Shown piece after piece: positions 59,855 to 64,000 of a DNA stretch of 64,000 bases. The DNA comes from Candidatus Hermodarchaeota archaeon (GTDB lineage Archaea > Asgardarchaeota > Lokiarchaeia > Sigyniarchaeales > SOKP01). The stretch covers positions 11,234 to 75,233 of the forward strand of contig JBHLLG010000010.1 of assembly GCA_048885925.1 (NCBI GenBank). Reading direction: 5' to 3'. The number at the start of each line of letters is the position of its first letter. Within the stretch, counting starts at the first letter, position 1. The translations under genes and the position numbers were made by a program. The notes beneath the pieces were generated by a model. That model was not told the DNA's origin. It saw only the letters and a list, made by a program, of their open reading frames with translations, and made no database searches.

Positions 59855-60314
59855 TATTTATAGATTTATTCTCCTTATATTTTTCAATAATTTTTTGTTT
59901 TATTTTACTTGAACTAGTCAACTTATATTTATCATAATAGGTTCCAAGTCTTTTAACTTCAATATGATTTAAATTTCTTGCTTTGAGTCCTTCTAAAAGT
60001 AATTCAATACTATACTTTTGATCTGGTCCTAATAGAATAATATCTGGATTAATTTCCTCAACTGTTTTTAAAGTATCATTATCATTTCTGCCTAATCTTG
60101 CTTCCTTTACATTTTTTATACTTCTTATAACTTCTAATCTCTGTTCTTGCGGAATAATAGGAGAAATACCAGAATAGAGTTTTCGATTCTTATCAGTAGC
60201 TACAATTATATATACATCTCCCAATTTTGCAGCCTCATTTATTAGATAAATATGTCCTGGGTGGATAAGATCAAAAGTTCCCGCAATCAAAATTTTTTTC
60301 CTATTTTTATTCAT
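59841..60314 (-). CDS. ribL: Archaeal FAD synthase (cytidylyltransferase family)
   Basis: 'AGTFDLIHPGH', 'LGPDQ' and 'SSSKIK'; adjacent to ribK. Confidence 0.88.
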   Translation of the reverse strand: MNKNRKKILIAGTFDLIHPGHIYLINEAAKLGDVYIIVATDKNRKLYSGISPIIPQEQRLEVIRSIKNVKEARLGRNDNDTLKTVEEINPDIILLGPDQKYSIELLLEGLKARNLNHIEVKRLGTYYDKYKLTSSSKIKQKIIEKYKENKSINIDHG

Positions 60315-60385
60315 ATTAAGTCTTCCTAAAAGTTCAAAATTTAAATTATATTGGTTAAATGATTATGAATTTCGATAGCAGTAAT

Positions 60386-60997
60386 TTATATTTGGTTTTC
60401 AAAACAAGTTTTTAAGTCATTCATTTGAATAGCAAGAGAAATATCTCCTCTAGTCTTTTCAATAATATTTCTGGCAGTATCGACTTTATGTCTTAAATCT
60501 TGAGTTATTGCAGAGGGATAATCTATTGTAAATAAATATGTATATATTTCATCCATATTTTCTAATATTTCATTTAAATCTTCAACTTGAGAATTTCTAA
60601 TATTATCTAAAGCATATCTTCGTAGTTCTCCAATCACATCTGCTAAACCCAAAACAAAATTTATAGGATCAATCTTTAAATCAAGGGGAGTAGGGATATT
60701 ATTTTTCTTTATTATTGCATAAAAAGCCATCGCTTCTGCATATTCTTGTTCAGGAGTCTTTAAGTAATTATAAAATACTCCAAGATTTTTATTAACTAAT
60801 TTTACTAAATCCTGATGTTCATTTTTAATTTTATTAATTTTGTTTTGAAACTTATCAAATTCTTTTCTATGAATACTTTTTATAGCTATACTACAATCTC
60901 TAATGATATTACGAGATAATTTTAAAATTTCTTCTCTATCTTGATATAATATCTCTAATACTTCAAATACTTCTGAAAAAGCTTTTTTAAGATTCAT
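60386..60997 (-). CDS. Translin/TRAX family protein
   Basis: 'REEILKLSR', 'QEYAEA' and 'LGLADVIGELRR'. Confidence 0.9.
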   Translation of the reverse strand: MNLKKAFSEVFEVLEILYQDREEILKLSRNIIRDCSIAIKSIHRKEFDKFQNKINKIKNEHQDLVKLVNKNLGVFYNYLKTPEQEYAEAMAFYAIIKKNNIPTPLDLKIDPINFVLGLADVIGELRRYALDNIRNSQVEDLNEILENMDEIYTYLFTIDYPSAITQDLRHKVDTARNIIEKTRGDISLAIQMNDLKTCFENQI

Positions 60998-61112
60998 TAT
61001 AATAGAAATAAATTTTAGTAATAATTAATTTGAATTTTGAATATTATTATCTATCAGAATTAAGTAAAATATTTAGAATTTATTGATTTGGATATTAAAA
61101 ATTGGAGTTATC

Positions 61113-63173
61113 ATGAAAATCTTATTAATTCACTCACAAGATGTAGAAGTCATAAAAAATAAAGAAGCAACAAGTAAACCACAGAAATTTAAAGATAATT
61201 TTATAAAAATGGAAGGTTTGATTTTAGTTTGTTATGTTTCTGTTGAAGATCAAGATACTTATGATACAGATTTAATTTCTAAACAGGGTGCAGATGAAAT
61301 AGAAAATGCAATATTGCAAATCTCCAACTTTCCAGAAAAACTTAGGCAAAAAAACGAAGAAATAAGAGATTTCAATAGAAAGATCCAAAATGGTGAAATA
61401 AAAGGAAAACCGAGAAAGTTTTTGGAATTGATCATGGAACGCAATATGTATCGTGTTGATAAAGTTCTAGTTTATCCATGGGCGCATTTAAGCAAATTTC
61501 TCAGTAATGACAAAAATGCAATGGAAGTTTGCCCTAAAATAGCAAAAAATTTAGAAGAAAGAGGTATTGAAGCAAAATTTTCTCCATTTGGATGGTATAA
61601 ATCTTTCAAAATTAACTGTTTGGGTCATGAGGTAGCTGAAATGTATAGAGATGTAAAACTAGCAATAAAACCTGAAGAACAAATTAAAAATTCTATATTT
61701 AAAATTCTAACTCCTTCAGGAAAGGAATTGGATTTAGAATTCGATCAAAATAATGAAATTTTACCCCCAAAAGGATTAAAAGATAAAGAGTTTTATCTAT
61801 TTTTGAAATCAGATTTAGGATCTAGGAAAGTTGATAAAGCAATTGAACCAGCTCATATAAAAGTAATGAAAGAGTTTGAATTAATAGATTTTGACCCTAA
61901 TACAGACGCTGGAAATTTTAGATGGTATACAAAAGGAGTTATTATGAAGAATTTAATTAAAAATTTTATTGAAGATAGATTAATAGATTTTGGGGCTTTA
62001 CTTCTTGATACTCCAATCATGTATACAGTAAAAAATAAAAAACTGACTGCTCAAACAGCTCGATTTCCAGCAAGAAGTTATTGGCTTGAATCTGGAAATG
62101 ATAGGTACCTTTTAAGATATGCAAGTGATTTTCTCCTTTTTGATTTATTCTCTCAAATGAACTTGAAACCTCAGTATTTTCCCTTAAGGGCATATGAATT
62201 TGAACAGTATGATTTTCGAAGAGAACAAGAAGGTGAATTATCCGGTTTAAGAAGATTACGAGGATTTATCATGCCTGATCTTCATACATTATGTAAAGAT
62301 TTAGAATCTTCCATTGATGAATTTATAAAGCAATATGAGTTAATTAAAAACCTAGAAAAAGATTTAGGAATAAAAACATTTGTTATATTTAGAACAACTA
62401 AAACTTTTTATGAGGAAAATAAGGAATGGATTTTTGATTTAGTTAAAACTGAAGATCATCCCATCTTATTAGAATTATGGGAGGAAAGATATTATTATTA
62501 TGTTTTTAAATTTGAGAGAAATGTACTTTCTGCTGATGGTAAAGATGCTACATTAGCAACTAATCAAATAGATGTAGAGAGTTCATTAGAATATATGGTT
62601 GATAATGATGGGATAAAGAGAGAAAAATATAATATTTCTTTTTTAGACTCTGATGGTCAAATAAAACACCCAATAATCCTTCATAATTCTCCAACAGGTG
62701 GATTAGAACGTGTTTTATGGGGTTTAATTGAACTATCCATCCGAAATAAAGATAAACTAGTTCCCGGATTCAAAACTTGGTTATCTCCAATTCAGGTAAG
62801 AATTATAACTGTAAGTGATGAACAGAAAGAATATGCTGAAAAAATACTTGATATCATAAATCAACTGGAATTTAGGGCGGATTTTGATGATCGAGAAGAA
62901 ACTGTAGGTAAAAAAATAAGACAATCTGAAATTGAATGGATTCCATATACAGTAATAATTGGCAATAAAGAACTTCAAAATCAAACGATATCAGTTAGAA
63001 AAAGATTAATTGGTGAACTTTTTGGTCCAAAAAAGCAAACTTCCGAACTATTAAACGATATCGAGTTAGATAAACTATTAGAATTGCTAGAAGAAGATAC
63101 AAGAAGTTTCCCAAAATATAAATTACCAAAACCATTTAGAAGATTCTCAACAAGAGTTTATTTCAGAAAATAA
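61113..63173 (+). CDS. thrS: Threonine--tRNA ligase (archaeal type with an N-terminal DTD-like editing domain)
   Basis: 'MKILLIHS', 'YPWAHLS', 'PFGWYKSF', 'FRREQEGELSGLRRLRGF' and the anticodon-binding domain. Confidence 0.96.
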   Translation: MKILLIHSQDVEVIKNKEATSKPQKFKDNFIKMEGLILVCYVSVEDQDTYDTDLISKQGADEIENAILQISNFPEKLRQKNEEIRDFNRKIQNGEIKGKPRKFLELIMERNMYRVDKVLVYPWAHLSKFLSNDKNAMEVCPKIAKNLEERGIEAKFSPFGWYKSFKINCLGHEVAEMYRDVKLAIKPEEQIKNSIFKILTPSGKELDLEFDQNNEILPPKGLKDKEFYLFLKSDLGSRKVDKAIEPAHIKVMKEFELIDFDPNTDAGNFRWYTKGVIMKNLIKNFIEDRLIDFGALLLDTPIMYTVKNKKLTAQTARFPARSYWLESGNDRYLLRYASDFLLFDLFSQMNLKPQYFPLRAYEFEQYDFRREQEGELSGLRRLRGFIMPDLHTLCKDLESSIDEFIKQYELIKNLEKDLGIKTFVIFRTTKTFYEENKEWIFDLVKTEDHPILLELWEERYYYYVFKFERNVLSADGKDATLATNQIDVESSLEYMVDNDGIKREKYNISFLDSDGQIKHPIILHNSPTGGLERVLWGLIELSIRNKDKLVPGFKTWLSPIQVRIITVSDEQKEYAEKILDIINQLEFRADFDDREETVGKKIRQSEIEWIPYTVIIGNKELQNQTISVRKRLIGELFGPKKQTSELLNDIELDKLLELLEEDTRSFPKYKLPKPFRRFSTRVYFRK

Positions 63174-63191
63174 ATATTTCTTTTATTTATT

Positions 63192-63809
63192 ATGAAGATT
63201 AAAGCCATTATTTTTGATTTAGGAGGGGTAGTAATAGATCTTGATTTCTCGAATTTTTATAATAAGATAATAACTCAATCACCCTTAAATAAACCTCAAA
63301 CCCCAATAATGCTAGAATTTTTCAGACAGTCAGATATCTATCATCAAGGAAACATGACGGATGACGAATTTTACCAACTTGCTTGCGATCTTCTCCAAGT
63401 TTGTATGCTAGATCAATCAGAATTTTATAGTGCATTTAATAGTATCATTTCTGGTTTTAATATGGAAGTAATAGAATTGATTAAATTAATACGAGAAAGT
63501 AATCGATATAAACTTCTAGCTCTATCCAATGTAAACGCAAGTCATTGGGATTATATACTCAAGGAAAAATGGGACTTCATTAAATATTTCGATGAATTAA
63601 TTCTTTCACATGAAATTCATCTAATTAAACCTGATCCTAAAATTTTTAAATATGCAATTCATAAGGCGGGTTGTAAACCAAAACAAATAATTTATATAGA
63701 TGATGGATTAAATAATGTACGATCAGCTAACGATTTAGGAATTATAGGTATAAAATACACAAATATAGTTGAACTCACTGAAGAATTAAAAAAGTTAAAA
63801 ATTATTTAA
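63192..63809 (+). CDS. HAD-family phosphatase (YihX-like)
   Basis: FDLGGV, LSN, IKPDP and IDD. Confidence 0.9.
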   Translation: MKIKAIIFDLGGVVIDLDFSNFYNKIITQSPLNKPQTPIMLEFFRQSDIYHQGNMTDDEFYQLACDLLQVCMLDQSEFYSAFNSIISGFNMEVIELIKLIRESNRYKLLALSNVNASHWDYILKEKWDFIKYFDELILSHEIHLIKPDPKIFKYAIHKAGCKPKQIIYIDDGLNNVRSANDLGIIGIKYTNIVELTEELKKLKII

Positions 63810-63832
63810 AAAAAATCAATAAAGCTTTTAAT

Positions 63833-64000
63833 TTACTGTAGAGATAAGTCCTCAAGGCATGCCTTTGCAATTTTTTCAAACGCTACTTCTACATTTTCTC
63901 CTGTTTTTGCTGAGGTCTCCAAGTATTCACAACTTAGCTTCTTAGCTAAATCTTCTGCTTCTAATCGGTCTACTTCTCTTTCTAAATCAACTTTATTACC
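63833..64000 (-). CDS. Rab-like small GTPase, C-terminal part (5'-truncated; not in the ORF track)
   Basis: Reverse strand reads GNKVDLEREV...YLETSAKTGENVEVAFEKIAKACLEDLSLQ* (G4 NKxD, G5 SAK). Confidence 0.9.
   Translation of the reverse strand, partial: GNKVDLEREVDRLEAEDLAKKLSCEYLETSAKTGENVEVAFEKIAKACLEDLSLQ

Noticed and set aside
60386-60997. Translin as a novel RNA-silencing system
   Set aside because: Archaeal translin/TRAX homologs are already known, and the context here is housekeeping (ribL, ribK, thrS).
2063-62984. Numerous short ORFs antisense to or overlapping long genes (e.g. 2063, 2371, 7037, 7997, 10856, 16504, 18658, 19477, 19780, 23526, 24410, 38079, 46552, 54107, 56932, 58461, 61259, 62781)
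   Set aside because: They are shadow frames of well-supported genes and have no motifs of their own.
1-64000. CRISPR array, transposase, integrase or prophage
   Set aside because: No regularly spaced repeats or recognisable mobile-element proteins were seen. The genes after both tRNAs show no integrase or att duplication.

Overview
Very AT-rich archaeal chromosome segment, most consistent with an Asgard archaeon (Lokiarchaeia-like). Evidence: archaeal housekeeping genes (rps8e, srp19, psmB, archaeal GluRS and ThrRS, ribK/ribL, histone, Hef helicase, intron-containing tRNAs) together with eukaryotic-signature-type proteins (two Rab-like small GTPases, a longin-like protein, PCI/winged-helix proteins, a putative coatomer/adaptin-appendage-like protein). 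About 60 CDSs and 2 tRNAs were found: tRNA-Pro(GGG) with one non-canonical intron and tRNA-Arg(GCG) with two introns. No CRISPR array, integrase or transposase was seen. Main leads: (1) a glycyl-radical enzyme with an N-terminal SCP2-like lipid-binding domain plus its activase; (2) a co-oriented cluster of a membrane-anchored legumain/GPI8-like C13 peptidase, an Ig-like membrane protein and a 1469-aa prenyltransferase-repeat/coiled-coil/PCI tail-anchored protein; (3) a Rab-like gene bracketed by a diverged ~190-bp direct repeat that duplicates the 3' end of the neighbouring gene; (4) an orphan CheR-coiled coil-CheD fusion whose CheD lacks its catalytic residues; (5) several genes that appear to start at ATT behind SD-like motifs; (6) two candidate structured RNAs. 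All product calls come from motif recognition by eye; no database searches were run.
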